Assembly (NCBI GenBank): GCA_041660365.1
Contig: JBAZWK010000003.1
Coordinates: forward strand, 1-45,264
Origin: Candidatus Shapirobacteria bacterium
Lineage (GTDB): Bacteria > Patescibacteriota > Microgenomatia > UBA12405
Reading direction: 5' to 3'
Length of the DNA stretch: 45,264 nucleotides
The stretch's first letter is position 1. Each line of letters opens with the position of its first letter. Below the pieces are notes generated by a model. That model was not told where the DNA came from. It saw only the letters and a program-made list of their open reading frames with translations, and did no database searches. A program made the position numbers and the translations under genes. Below, piece by piece: positions 9,136 through 17,964 of this stretch.

Positions 9136-9867
9136 ATGCTTAAGTATATTCGTATTTTGACAATAATACTAGTTTTATCGCTAATTTCCATTTTAATTTA
9201 TAAATATCGCCGTCAAATCTCTACCCCGCAAAATATCATTGAAAATATAGTTCCGGTACCCACCATTATTGAAAAAAATGGTCTCCCCAATATACATTCG
9301 ATAAAAACCACTTTTGTTCCTCAAGCTCCGGAAAAAAAATGGGATGAACCCTGGCAGGATGCCTGTGAAGAAGCTGCTCTTTTAACTGTCCATTATTATT
9401 ACCAAAATCTAAATCCCAATACTGTCACCATTACCAATGATTTGAAAAATCTCTTTAATTTTGAATCTAGTCAAGGCTGGACCAGCGATATTAATGTTTC
9501 GCAAATGGCCACATTATCGGCAAAACTATGGGATTACCACTCAATAATTATTGACTATCCCACTGTTAACGATTTTAAAAAATATCTTTCCCAAAATATT
9601 CCCATTATTATTCCAGCCAATGGCAAAATTTTATTTTCCGAAAATTCCCACTTCAAAAGTGGTGGTCCTTGGTACCACAATTTAGTAATTTTGGGCTATG
9701 ATGACACTAAAAATCAATTTACCGTTCACGATGTTGGCACCCAGTTTGGGGCCTATTTCCGTTATTCATACTCTTTATTGATTTCTAGCATTCATGATTT
9801 TCCCCAAAGTTTAAAAAAAGAAGATATTAACTCAGGTACCCCTCGAGCTCTAGTTTTGCTAAAATAA
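9136..9867 (+). CDS. Membrane-anchored papain-like (peptidase C39-like) domain protein
   Basis: The start is taken at ATG 9136 ('MLKYIRILTIILVLSLISILIY', an N-terminal TM helix). The track's start at 9094 would overlap the typA start. A candidate Cys lies in 'QAPEKKWDEPWQDACEEAALL' and a candidate His in 'WYHNLVILGYDD..VHD'. TAAAAT at 9123-9128 sits 7 nt upstream. Confidence 0.55.
   Translation: MLKYIRILTIILVLSLISILIYKYRRQISTPQNIIENIVPVPTIIEKNGLPNIHSIKTTFVPQAPEKKWDEPWQDACEEAALLTVHYYYQNLNPNTVTITNDLKNLFNFESSQGWTSDINVSQMATLSAKLWDYHSIIIDYPTVNDFKKYLSQNIPIIIPANGKILFSENSHFKSGGPWYHNLVILGYDDTKNQFTVHDVGTQFGAYFRYSYSLLISSIHDFPQSLKKEDINSGTPRALVLLK
9857..9865 (+). promoter_or_regulatory. Extended -10 element TGcTAAAAT
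   Basis: It lies 6 nt upstream of the ATG at 9872 and overlaps the end of the preceding CDS. Confidence 0.35.
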
Positions 9868-9871
9868 ACTC

Positions 9872-10450
9872 ATGAAAAAATTAATTCTTCTTTTTTCAGT
9901 TATTTTTTTATCAGCCTGTTCGCTTAATTCTTCACTTTCTAATCAACCTACTCCCACTATGACCCCTCAAACTCCAATTACTGCCTCTCCTTCGGCAAAA
10001 ATTTCTCCTACCACTGATGCCATTATCGGTCTTAAAACCAAAAATGGTCAAATTGTTATTAAATTATATAAAGATCAGACTCCTAATACTGTGGCTACCT
10101 TTCTTAAAAAAGTTAACAGTGGTTTTTATAACGGACTAACTTTCCATCGCGTTATCGCCGGTTTTATGGCCCAAGGTGGTGATCCCACTGGCACCGGTAC
10201 TGGTGGTGGCTCTCAAAAATCCGAATTAAACCAAATTCCTTTTAAACGTGGCAGCCTTGGCTTGGCTCGTACTCCTGCTACCAAAGAAATCAGTAATGAC
10301 AGCCAATTTTTCATTTGTTTTACTGACGATGGTTGTCAGCATTTGACTGGTGATTACGTTAATTTTGGTGAGGTTATTTCCGGTTTTGATATTTTAGACC
10401 AAATTCAACAAGGCGATAAAATTATTGAAATTACCACTAAAACTAAATGA
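9872..10450 (+). CDS. Cyclophilin-type peptidyl-prolyl cis-trans isomerase, lipoprotein
   Basis: Lipobox 'VIFLSAC', then a Thr/Pro/Ser-rich linker. The cyclophilin core follows ('FHRVIAGFMAQGGDP', 'SNDSQFFICF'). Confidence 0.9.
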   Translation: MKKLILLFSVIFLSACSLNSSLSNQPTPTMTPQTPITASPSAKISPTTDAIIGLKTKNGQIVIKLYKDQTPNTVATFLKKVNSGFYNGLTFHRVIAGFMAQGGDPTGTGTGGGSQKSELNQIPFKRGSLGLARTPATKEISNDSQFFICFTDDGCQHLTGDYVNFGEVISGFDILDQIQQGDKIIEITTKTK

Positions 10451-10818
10451 AAAAAATTATCCCTTTAGTTTTAATTTTATTGGCCTTAGGTGCCTATTTT
10501 TTCTTTAATTCCAAAAAAGATACTCCTACTATTCCCGATTCTGAAGCCCAATTAATTCTCTATTGGGGTACAGGTTGCCCTCACTGTGAAAAAGTTAAAG
10601 AATATATTAAAGAAAAAAACCTTGATTCTAAAATAAAAATTGTTTATAAGGAAGTTTTTAACGATCAAAACAATCAAAAACAACTTGAAGCCACCGTTCA
10701 GAAATGTCCGGAAATTGATGCTACAAAAGGTATTGGCGTCCCTCTGGCTTTCGACACCCAAAATAACAAATGTCTTTATGGTGATACCACTATCATCGAT
10801 TGGCTAAATGCTAAATGA
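10447..10818 (+). CDS. Membrane-anchored thioredoxin-fold thiol:disulfide oxidoreductase (CPHC active site)
   Basis: An N-terminal TM helix is followed by 'WGTGCPHCEKV'. CPHC is the DsbA-type redox motif. The start overlaps the upstream stop in ATGA. Confidence 0.7.
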   Translation: MKKIIPLVLILLALGAYFFFNSKKDTPTIPDSEAQLILYWGTGCPHCEKVKEYIKEKNLDSKIKIVYKEVFNDQNNQKQLEATVQKCPEIDATKGIGVPLAFDTQNNKCLYGDTTIIDWLNAK

Positions 10819-10824
10819 TACAAT
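10816..10824 (+). promoter_or_regulatory. Extended -10 element TGaTACAAT
   Basis: It lies 6 nt upstream of the GTG start at 10831. Confidence 0.35.
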
Positions 10825-10830
10825 TATTTT

Positions 10831-11157
10831 GTGTCTAAAAAGTTAAAACATCAGGAATTTCATTTTGGCTTAGGAGTTTTATTTCGTTGGCTAGTTTTCG
10901 CTTTGCTTATCTACTTTTCTATTAACTACTTATCAAATAACAACTCAACTACTCATCTATTCAACTATTCAACTAGTAATCTAAATATTCTCGGAGTCAA
11001 TTCCGAGCCTGTTATAATTAAAGCTACGGCCATTTTTAATGACTATAAAAATCAAGCTGTCAATTTTGTCAATCAACAAATTGTCGATATTAAAAAACAA
11101 GTGATCACTGACATTTATCAAAATATTTTAAAAAGTATTGATAATCCCCAAAAATGA
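10831..11157 (+). CDS. Hypothetical small membrane protein
   Basis: 108-aa ORF with a GTG start and one predicted TM helix ('[21 protein letters not shown]'). No motif was recognised. It fits exactly between its neighbours, with an ATGA overlap to prfB. Confidence 0.5.
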   Translation: MSKKLKHQEFHFGLGVLFRWLVFALLIYFSINYLSNNNSTTHLFNYSTSNLNILGVNSEPVIIKATAIFNDYKNQAVNFVNQQIVDIKKQVITDIYQNILKSIDNPQK

Positions 11158-12224
11158 ATTTAACCGAATTACAGGAAAAATTAGACTCTATTAAAAAAAA
11201 GTTAAATTATACCCAATTACTTTTAGATTGTCAGTCGTTACGGCTTTCTTCCCAGGATCCTTCCCTTTGGACTGATCCTCAAAAGGCTTCGCAAATTATG
11301 CAGGAACTTTCCGACCTGGAAAAAACAGTCAACAATATTCAGGAATTAGAAAAAGAAATTACTGACCTTCAGGAATTTACGGAAATGCTTTTACTTGAAC
11401 CCGACGATTCCTTGTCTCAAGAAATGACCCTTCGTCTTAAAAAACTCCAAAAAGATATTGATAGTTTAGAAATGAAAACATTTTTATCTGGAAAATACGA
11501 CAAAAATTTTGCCTTTTTTTCCATTCATTCTGGTCAAGGCGGGACTGAAGCCATGGATTGGGCGGCCATTTTACAACGAATGTATATGCGTTTTTTTGAT
11601 CGTCAAAACTGGAAATATGAATTGTTAGACATTACTCCTGGTGACGAAGCCGGGATTAAATCAGTTTATTTTAAAATTAATGCTCCCTATACTTATGGTT
11701 ATCTCAGGGGTGAAGACGGTGTCCATCGTTTGGTTCGTTTATCGCCTTTTAATGCTGACCAGCTTCGCCAAACCTCTTTTGCCAAAGTTGAAGTTTCACC
11801 AGTGATCCAAGACACTAGTGAAATTAATATCCGCCCCGAAGACATCGAATTTGCCGCTTATCGAGCTGGCGGCCATGGCGGTCAGAACGTCAACAAAGTG
11901 TCTACTGCCGTCAGAATTGTCCATAAACCCACAGGAATTACTGTCGCCTGTCAAAGCCAGCGCTCTCAAGACCAAAATCGCATGATTGCCATGGAAATGC
12001 TAACTTCTAAATTGTGGGCTATTAAACAAGGGGAATTATCCCAAGCTAAAAAAGATCTGAAGGGTGAAAATGTTATTGCCGCTTGGGGTCACCAAATCCG
12101 TTCCTATGTCTTACATCCTTACAAAATGGTTAAAGATTTACGCACTCGTTACGAAACTTCCGATACTACGGCAGTTTTAGATGGTGATCTCGAGGCGTTT
12201 ATTGCTGCCGAATTGAAATTATGA
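11154..12224 (+). CDS. prfB: Peptide chain release factor 2, contiguous ORF without programmed frameshift
   Basis: 356 aa. It has the RF2-specific 'SPF' tripeptide ('RLSPFNA') and the 'GGQ' motif ('[13 protein letters not shown]'). The N-terminal region is read in a single frame. Confidence 0.95.
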   Translation: MNLTELQEKLDSIKKKLNYTQLLLDCQSLRLSSQDPSLWTDPQKASQIMQELSDLEKTVNNIQELEKEITDLQEFTEMLLLEPDDSLSQEMTLRLKKLQKDIDSLEMKTFLSGKYDKNFAFFSIHSGQGGTEAMDWAAILQRMYMRFFDRQNWKYELLDITPGDEAGIKSVYFKINAPYTYGYLRGEDGVHRLVRLSPFNADQLRQTSFAKVEVSPVIQDTSEINIRPEDIEFAAYRAGGHGGQNVNKVSTAVRIVHKPTGITVACQSQRSQDQNRMIAMEMLTSKLWAIKQGELSQAKKDLKGENVIAAWGHQIRSYVLHPYKMVKDLRTRYETSDTTAVLDGDLEAFIAAELKL

Positions 12225-13252
12225 AAAAAATATTTTATATTTCAAGTTTAATATTCACTATAATTATCCTTCTAATTATTATCGTTTTTTTCTTTTCTTT
12301 GTTTTATATTTCCCAGAAAACAAAACGTCCTATTACATATTTCCCTCAATTAATTCTAAATGCCATTTCTCAAAACTCAATCCCAGAAAAAGTAAATTTT
12401 ATGATTTTGGGTTTAGATCCCCGTAATGATTTATTGGAAAAAACTGATACTACTGACACTATTATTTTTTCCCAAGTTAATTTTTCTCAAAATAAAATTC
12501 ATCTTTTTTCTCTCCCCCGCGATCTTTGGGACTATCCTCTCAACACCAAAATTAATCAAATTTATTCTCTTTCTCTGGCTGAAAATAGTGATCAAGAAAA
12601 ATTTGATTTTATTTCTCAAAATTATTCCTCAATTTCCGGACAAACTACTGATCGAGTCTTAATATTAACCACCCAAAATCTCAAACAATTAGCCGATATT
12701 TTAGGTGGTATTGATGTTTATTTAGAGACTGGTTTTAAGGACGAAAAGTATCCTAATCAAGCCTATATTGATAACCCTAAATCCGGCGCTCCCATTTATA
12801 TCACTATCGAATTCAAAACTGGCTGGGTTCACCTCGACAGTAGCAATATTACCGAGTTTGTCCGATCCCGTAAAAGTTCCGACACCGCCGCTACAGGCGG
12901 CACTGACCTTGGTCGTATTGCCCGTCAACAACAATTAATTAATGGCCTGATTGATAAATTAAGAAGTACTTTGTCTCAAAAACCCCGAATAATTTTTCCC
13001 CTCTATAATTTTTGGACAGACCTAGAAACTAATTTTACTGATGCCGATATTCTTAGTTATGCCCTAAAATACGGTCTAAAATTAAAAAATATTCAAATTG
13101 AACGTCATCCGGTCAGTGCTGGTGAAGATCCTGAAATCGATTTAATTTATCATCCTAAAAAATTTATTAATACTCAATGGGTTTTTATTCCTCAGGATAA
13201 AAACTATCAAGCTTTTCAACAGTATATTTCTAATTCTTTGCTCTCCCTATAA
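12221..13252 (+). CDS. LytR-CpsA-Psr (LCP) family glycopolymer-to-peptidoglycan transferase
   Basis: An N-terminal TM helix is followed by LCP core motifs: '[23 protein letters not shown]', 'LFSLPRDLW' and 'FVRSRKS'. Confidence 0.8.
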   Translation: MKKIFYISSLIFTIIILLIIIVFFFSLFYISQKTKRPITYFPQLILNAISQNSIPEKVNFMILGLDPRNDLLEKTDTTDTIIFSQVNFSQNKIHLFSLPRDLWDYPLNTKINQIYSLSLAENSDQEKFDFISQNYSSISGQTTDRVLILTTQNLKQLADILGGIDVYLETGFKDEKYPNQAYIDNPKSGAPIYITIEFKTGWVHLDSSNITEFVRSRKSSDTAATGGTDLGRIARQQQLINGLIDKLRSTLSQKPRIIFPLYNFWTDLETNFTDADILSYALKYGLKLKNIQIERHPVSAGEDPEIDLIYHPKKFINTQWVFIPQDKNYQAFQQYISNSLLSL

Positions 13253-13258
13253 AATCTT

Positions 13259-13267
13259 TGCTATACT
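13259..13267 (+). promoter_or_regulatory. Extended -10 element TGcTATACT
   Basis: It lies 6 nt upstream of the ATG at 13274. Confidence 0.4.
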
Positions 13268-13273
13268 GATTTT

Positions 13274-13750
13274 ATGGAAATTCCAAATCTCAATCCCAAT
13301 CCTCAAGTTACCTCTCGTCCTGTTTTTAAAATTTCTCTAACAGTTATCTTTCTTCTTCTTATTTTTTCCTTAGCCACGGGCTTTTGGCTGTCTCGTTTAA
13401 TGCCTTTCTCTAAAAATTCTTCCAATAAGTTAACTTTAGGCCAGCCTCAAAGTATTAGCACGGATACTATTAGTAGTGCTTCCCAAATCCAAATCGATAA
13501 ACTTTATGGCGATACTAATACTACCTTTAAAGATTCTGCCACTGGAACCATTGAAAAAGGTTCTATAAATGGCGTAGGCACTCATATTTTGAATCGTAGT
13601 GGTGGTGCTTCTCAACGAGCGTCCTTAACTTCCTCCGTTGTTGATCTTGACCTATTTATCGGTCGTAAAGTTGAAGTCAAAGGGGAAACTAATTCTTCTC
13701 CTAAAACTGCCTGGTTAATGGATGTCGGCAGTGTCAAGGTTCTAGAGTAA
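13274..13750 (+). CDS. Hypothetical membrane-anchored protein heading the ftsEX unit
   Basis: 158 aa with one TM helix ('FKISLTVIFLLLIFSLATGFWL') and a probably extracytoplasmic C-terminal domain. No motif was recognised. Confidence 0.5.
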   Translation: MEIPNLNPNPQVTSRPVFKISLTVIFLLLIFSLATGFWLSRLMPFSKNSSNKLTLGQPQSISTDTISSASQIQIDKLYGDTNTTFKDSATGTIEKGSINGVGTHILNRSGGASQRASLTSSVVDLDLFIGRKVEVKGETNSSPKTAWLMDVGSVKVLE

Positions 13751-13757
13751 ATAAAAA

Positions 13758-14420
13758 ATGGAAATTATTTTTGATAAAGTTACTAAAAACTATGGTCCAA
13801 TCAATGTCTTTCAGGATTTGGACTTAACAATTTCACCAGGCGACTTTATTTTTGTTACCGGGGCTTCCGGTACCGGCAAATCCACTTTAATTAAACTTAT
13901 TCTTAATCAAATTAAGCCTAGTAGTGGTGACGTCATGATTGATGGCCAGGCCGTCAATCACTTGAAAAATAAAAATGAAATTGATAAAATTCGCCGAAAA
14001 ATAGGTGTTATTTTTCAAGATTTTCAATTAATTAACGACTTAACTATCGAAGAAAATATTGCCTTAGCCCTAGATATTGTTAATTACCCCGCGGCCAAAA
14101 TTCCGTCCCGGATTAATGAAGTGATTAAATTAGTTAAATTACAGCATCGTCATTTTTTATTTCCCTCCCAGCTTTCTGGTGGTGAACTTCAACGGGCTTG
14201 TCTGGCCCGTGCTCTCAGCATCGAACCAGAAATAATTCTCGCCGACGAACCCACTGGTAACCTTGATCCGGCCAATGCTTGGAATCTAATTAAAATTTTT
14301 CAAGAAATAAACGAAAAGTTCAAAACAACTATTCTAATGACTACTCATAACATGGACTTTGTTGATTCTTTAAACAAAAAAGTTATTAAACTTGACAAAA
14401 TTGAACATGAAAATATTTAA
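13758..14420 (+). CDS. ftsE: Cell-division ABC ATPase FtsE
   Basis: 220 aa. It has Walker A 'GASGTGKST', the signature 'LSGGELQR' and Walker B 'IILADEPTGNLD', and lies directly upstream of an FtsX-type permease. Confidence 0.9.
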   Translation: MEIIFDKVTKNYGPINVFQDLDLTISPGDFIFVTGASGTGKSTLIKLILNQIKPSSGDVMIDGQAVNHLKNKNEIDKIRRKIGVIFQDFQLINDLTIEENIALALDIVNYPAAKIPSRINEVIKLVKLQHRHFLFPSQLSGGELQRACLARALSIEPEIILADEPTGNLDPANAWNLIKIFQEINEKFKTTILMTTHNMDFVDSLNKKVIKLDKIEHENI

Positions 14421-15279
14421 ACTGACACTTAACCACATCCGACGCTCGCCCTTTCAAAGCCTAATTGCCTTTGTTACCTTGTTTACCGCTTTTTTTATAC
14501 TAAATTCTTTTTTGTTGGTCAATCGCGGTCTCAGTACTGTCTTGAAATATTTCGAAACTAAACCGGAAATTACCATTTTTCTTAAAGATAATCTTGATCA
14601 AACCACTGTTGAATCCGTTCAAAAAGAATTAGCAACTTATCCAAACATCAAAGAAATTCGCTATATTTCCAAAGAAAATGCCCTTAATATTTATAAAGAA
14701 ACTAACAAAGACAATCCACTTTTGACCGAAATGGTCACCGCCTCGGTTTTACCCGCTTCTTTTGAAGTTTCTGCCAACAACCCCAAAGTTTTAGAAGTCA
14801 TTGCTCAGGATTTTTCCGCCAAAAATCAAATTGTTGACGAGATAATTTATCAAAAAGATGTTATCCAATCACTGTTAAATTGGACTTTAATTATTCGTCG
14901 CTCTGGTTTGGCTTTAATTACCATTTCTTGTCTAATTTCTTTTGTCATGATTTTTACCTTAATTGGCATGAAAATTAATAATCGGAAAGAAGAAATTAAA
15001 ATTTCCCGGCTTTTGGGCGCTTCCAAGTTTTATGTTAAAAAACCCTTCATTTTAGAGGCCATGATTTATGGATTTTTAGGCAGTTTTACAGCCTTTTTAA
15101 GCAGTTTTCTTTTAATTTATAATTTTCGCCACACCATCAATACCTTTTTCCAGCCGATTATTTTTGTTCCCGAGCTAAGTATCAATGACCTTTTTCTCTT
15201 TTTAATCGAAATTTCTGCCGGGGTAACTATCTCTTTTCTGGCTGGTTGGCTTGGGTCTAGACGTTATATCAAATGGTAA
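14407..15279 (+). CDS. ftsX: Cell-division permease-like protein FtsX
   Basis: The start is taken at ATG 14407 ('MKIFKLTLNHIRRSP'); the track's TTG at 14392 is an alternative. The layout is TM1, a large extracytoplasmic loop, then three C-terminal TM helices, which is typical of FtsX. Confidence 0.85.
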   Translation: MKIFKLTLNHIRRSPFQSLIAFVTLFTAFFILNSFLLVNRGLSTVLKYFETKPEITIFLKDNLDQTTVESVQKELATYPNIKEIRYISKENALNIYKETNKDNPLLTEMVTASVLPASFEVSANNPKVLEVIAQDFSAKNQIVDEIIYQKDVIQSLLNWTLIIRRSGLALITISCLISFVMIFTLIGMKINNRKEEIKISRLLGASKFYVKKPFILEAMIYGFLGSFTAFLSSFLLIYNFRHTINTFFQPIIFVPELSINDLFLFLIEISAGVTISFLAGWLGSRRYIKW

Positions 15280-16423
15280 AGAAAATATTTTTTCTTTTAC
15301 TTCTGATTTTATTAACCTTTTTTTCAACCGCAGTTTTGGCGCAAGATTATGAAAACATGTCTGAAACAGAACTGAGTAACTTAAAAGATCAATTGATTAA
15401 AAACAGCACCTCTCTTTCTAATCAAATAAAACTAATCAGTATTCAAATCGCCCAAACCCAACAAAAAATTAAAAGCACCACTGCTTCAATCAGTACTTTA
15501 AAAAATGATATTGTTGATTTAACCGGTAAAATAGGTAATTTAGATATATCTCTTAATGATCTAACTGCTCAATATATTCAGCAAATTTCCGAAAACTATA
15601 AACTTCAAAAAAGAATTCCCGGTTTTATTCAAATTTTTTCCGGGAATTTAAATAATTATTTAGAAAATTATACCTATATTTCCCGGATTCAAAGAAGTAG
15701 TCAAGACACTTTACTAAATCTAGAAACTACCCGCACCGATTTGGCTCAAGAAAAAGAGGCTAAAGCCCAAAAGCAAGCTGAATTGGAAACTTTAGAAAAA
15801 ACCTTAGCTAGTCAGCAAAAAGATTTAACTGCCCAGAATACGATTAAAAATCAACTTCTACAGACAACTCAAAAGCAGCTTAGCGACGTTTTGGCCCAAT
15901 TAAGCCAGTTAAGAAACTTCTCTTCTGCTTATGGTTCCTCTTGTCTTGATTCTGTCCCCGGCAAAGGCAGTGACGGTAATTTTTATAGTCAGCGCGATCC
16001 TCGTTGGTGTAAACAAAGCATCGGTTATTCTTCTGATACCATCGGCGCTGTTGGCTGTTATGTCAGTAGTATTGCTATGACTTTCAAAAAACTAGGCTAT
16101 GACATCAGTCCTCCGCCTATGCGGCTATTCCCAGTAATTTTCAATATAATTCTGCCTATGCGGCTAATCCTAATCCTCCTTCTGGATACGTTTACCAAAA
16201 AGTCTCATATAGTGCTTCTGTAGTTGATGGTGAGCTAAAGGCAGGCCGTTACGTTATCGCTCAGATGTATATGAAAAGCATTTACGGAATGCATTTTGTG
16301 GTTATTATCAACGGTTCCAATGGTAACTATAAAATTCACGATCCTTGGTTTGGGGCAGATCAGGATCTTAACAGTCGCTATTCCACCGGCTCAATTATGA
16401 GTCTTCGCCTGATCACCAAATAA
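15273..16423 (+). pseudogene. Frameshifted coiled-coil + papain-like (C39/CHAP-like) cysteine peptidase, a PcsB/EnvC-style FtsEX partner
   Basis: Frame A (15273-16223) gives a signal peptide, a long coiled coil and 'QRDPRWCKQSIGYSSDTIGAVGCYVSSIAMTF', then becomes nonsense. The frame one nt behind is open from 16103 to the TAA at 16421-16423. It reads '..SAYAAIPSNF..GRYVIAQMYMKSIYGMHFVVIINGSNGNYKIHDPWFG..', a plausible His/Asp half of the same domain. A 1-nt loss near 16107-16116 joins the two parts. Confidence 0.7.
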
Positions 16424-16424
16424 A

Positions 16425-16452
16425 AAATCCCCCATCTTTCGACAGGGGATTT
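16425..16452 (-). terminator. Intrinsic terminator between convergent genes
   Basis: aaatcccc (16425-16432) pairs with ggggattt (16445-16452). On the minus strand the hairpin is followed by a T-run (complement of the A-run at 16422-16427), so it fits the minus-strand gene best. It may also stop the plus-strand unit. Confidence 0.55.
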
Positions 16453-16481
16453 ACTATTAATCTATTAATCTACTTATCTTT

Positions 16482-17069
16482 TTAATATCCTCTGGCTAAT
16501 TTTCTTAAAGCCAAGGCTGATAAAGCGATACCTAAAGCTACGGCTGATCCAATCAATAAATCATTACTTCCTGTATTAGGGCTATTTTTACCACCTACAT
16601 AAAATGTCGCTGTATCTCTGTCATAAACATTGTTGTTTCTGACTGTGGCTACATTAGTTTGGGCTAAAGAGCTAGAGGTAGCTACTTTGGCTCTTATAGT
16701 AAAATTTCTAGTTTCACCGGCACTCAAGGTATCAATCGTCCAAGTAATTTGTCGATTAATTCTATCAATTTCGCTTGGAGCTAAAATAATCTGGTTGACG
16801 ACGGGGTAATAATCTTTAACTACTAAGTTATTAAGGATATCTTTACCGGTATTTTCCACTAAAATGTTGAAATCCATGACGTCGCCGGCTACAAATATTT
16901 TTTGATCTCGACCAATGTTATCGTAAAAATTACTATCATTTATAGGTCTAATTTTTTTATCAATTGAAACTGAATAATCGGTTCCACCTTGTGAGTAAGC
17001 ATCAGCAAATACTCCGGTAGGAAAAACCAACGCTAACATTAATAAAAATCCTAAAATTATTTTGTTCAT
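16482..17069 (-). CDS. Secreted surface protein with a DUF11-like repeat domain and a C-terminal SPNTG cell-wall sorting signal
   Basis: Signal peptide 'MNKIILGFLLMLALVFPTGVFADA'. The 'GDVMDFNILVENTGKDILNNLVVKDYYP' segment looks like a DUF11/CARDB-type beta-sandwich. The C-terminus is 'SPNTG' + 'SNDLLIGSAVALGIALSALAL' + 'RKLARGY'. Confidence 0.7.
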   Translation of the reverse strand: MNKIILGFLLMLALVFPTGVFADAYSQGGTDYSVSIDKKIRPINDSNFYDNIGRDQKIFVAGDVMDFNILVENTGKDILNNLVVKDYYPVVNQIILAPSEIDRINRQITWTIDTLSAGETRNFTIRAKVATSSSLAQTNVATVRNNNVYDRDTATFYVGGKNSPNTGSNDLLIGSAVALGIALSALALRKLARGY

Positions 17070-17137
17070 GTGTTTGATATTGTAATAACTTATTATTAGA
17101 GGATAGTATATCTAAAATATCGCCAAAGTCAAGTTTC

Positions 17138-17146
17138 TGATATACT
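17138..17146 (+). promoter_or_regulatory. Extended -10 element TGaTATACT at the head of the glycosylation island
   Basis: It lies 7 nt upstream of the ATG at 17154, in the 84-nt divergent intergenic region. Confidence 0.45.
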
Positions 17147-17153
17147 TTTCCAT

Positions 17154-17882
17154 ATGAACAAGTATCTAATCGACGAACTTTCTGTCTTTTTTCCTTGTTA
17201 TAACGAAGAAAAAAATATCCCCACTACTGTTTCCAAAGCTATCACAGTCTTAAAAAAAACAGCCAAAAATTGGGAAATTATTCTTGTTAATGATGGCTCT
17301 AAAGATAATACGGCCAAAGTTTTAGAAACAATTAAAGCCAAATATCCCCAAAATATCAAAATTGTTACTCACAATCCCAATCGCGGTTATGGCGCTGCCG
17401 TTAAAAGCGGTCTTTATAACTCTAAATATCAATGGATTGCCTTTACTGATTCTGACGGTCAATTTGATTTTTCGGAAGTTACTAAATTTATAAAGAAACA
17501 GCAGGAAACTAAAGCTGACCTCGTTATTGGCTATTACCTGTCTCGTCAGGTTTCTAAAACAGTAATTTTAACTTCTAAAATTTGGGAAATTATTGTTTTC
17601 ATCCTATTTGGTCTAAAAGTTACTGATATTGATTGCGCTTTTAAACTTATCAATAAAAAAGTGGTGGACACTATTCCCAAACTTGAGGCCGAAAGGGGAG
17701 CTTTTATCACTAGTGAATTTCTAATTCAGGCTAAAAAATCCGGCTTTAAGTTTGCTGAAGTCGGGGTTCATCATTATCCTCGTACCGAAGGTCAAGCCAC
17801 CGGCCGCCAGCTAAAAGTTATCATAAAAAGTTTTTCCGATTTGTTAAAACTTTGGTATAAAATTAATTTTACCCGTGCTTAA
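17154..17882 (+). CDS. GT2 (GT-A) glycosyltransferase, Dpm1/GtrB/ArnC-like polyprenyl-phosphate sugar synthase candidate
   Basis: 242 aa with 'LSVFFPCYNEEKNI', 'ILVNDGSKDNT' and 'FTDSDGQFD' (DXD). Confidence 0.85.
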   Translation: MNKYLIDELSVFFPCYNEEKNIPTTVSKAITVLKKTAKNWEIILVNDGSKDNTAKVLETIKAKYPQNIKIVTHNPNRGYGAAVKSGLYNSKYQWIAFTDSDGQFDFSEVTKFIKKQQETKADLVIGYYLSRQVSKTVILTSKIWEIIVFILFGLKVTDIDCAFKLINKKVVDTIPKLEAERGAFITSEFLIQAKKSGFKFAEVGVHHYPRTEGQATGRQLKVIIKSFSDLLKLWYKINFTRA

Positions 17883-17964
17883 ATAATTTTTTACCAAAAA
17901 CTGGCTCCTAATTCTGATTTAGTTGATAGCATCTTTTTGCCGTCTTTACCATATTTCCGATTAC

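Noticed and set aside
11154-11300. Canonical programmed +1 frameshift site (CTT TGA C) near codon 25 of prfB.
   Set aside because: The ORF is continuous from the ATG at 11154 through the SPF and GGQ motifs and has no in-frame TGA. This RF2 is one of the non-frameshifted type, which is common and not anomalous.
16224-16420. An apparent 200-nt non-coding gap after the ORF ending at 16223, which could have hidden an sRNA.
   Set aside because: The stretch is an open frame that encodes a sensible continuation of the upstream peptidase domain ('..GMHFVVIINGSNGNYKIHDPWFG..'). It is explained by the frameshift rather than by a separate element.
17084-17094. The small palindrome AATAAcTTATT in the divergent promoter region between the surface protein and the first GT2, considered as a possible operator.
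   Set aside because: An 11-nt palindrome made only of A/T is expected by chance in DNA this AT-rich, and no second copy or flanking conservation was seen.
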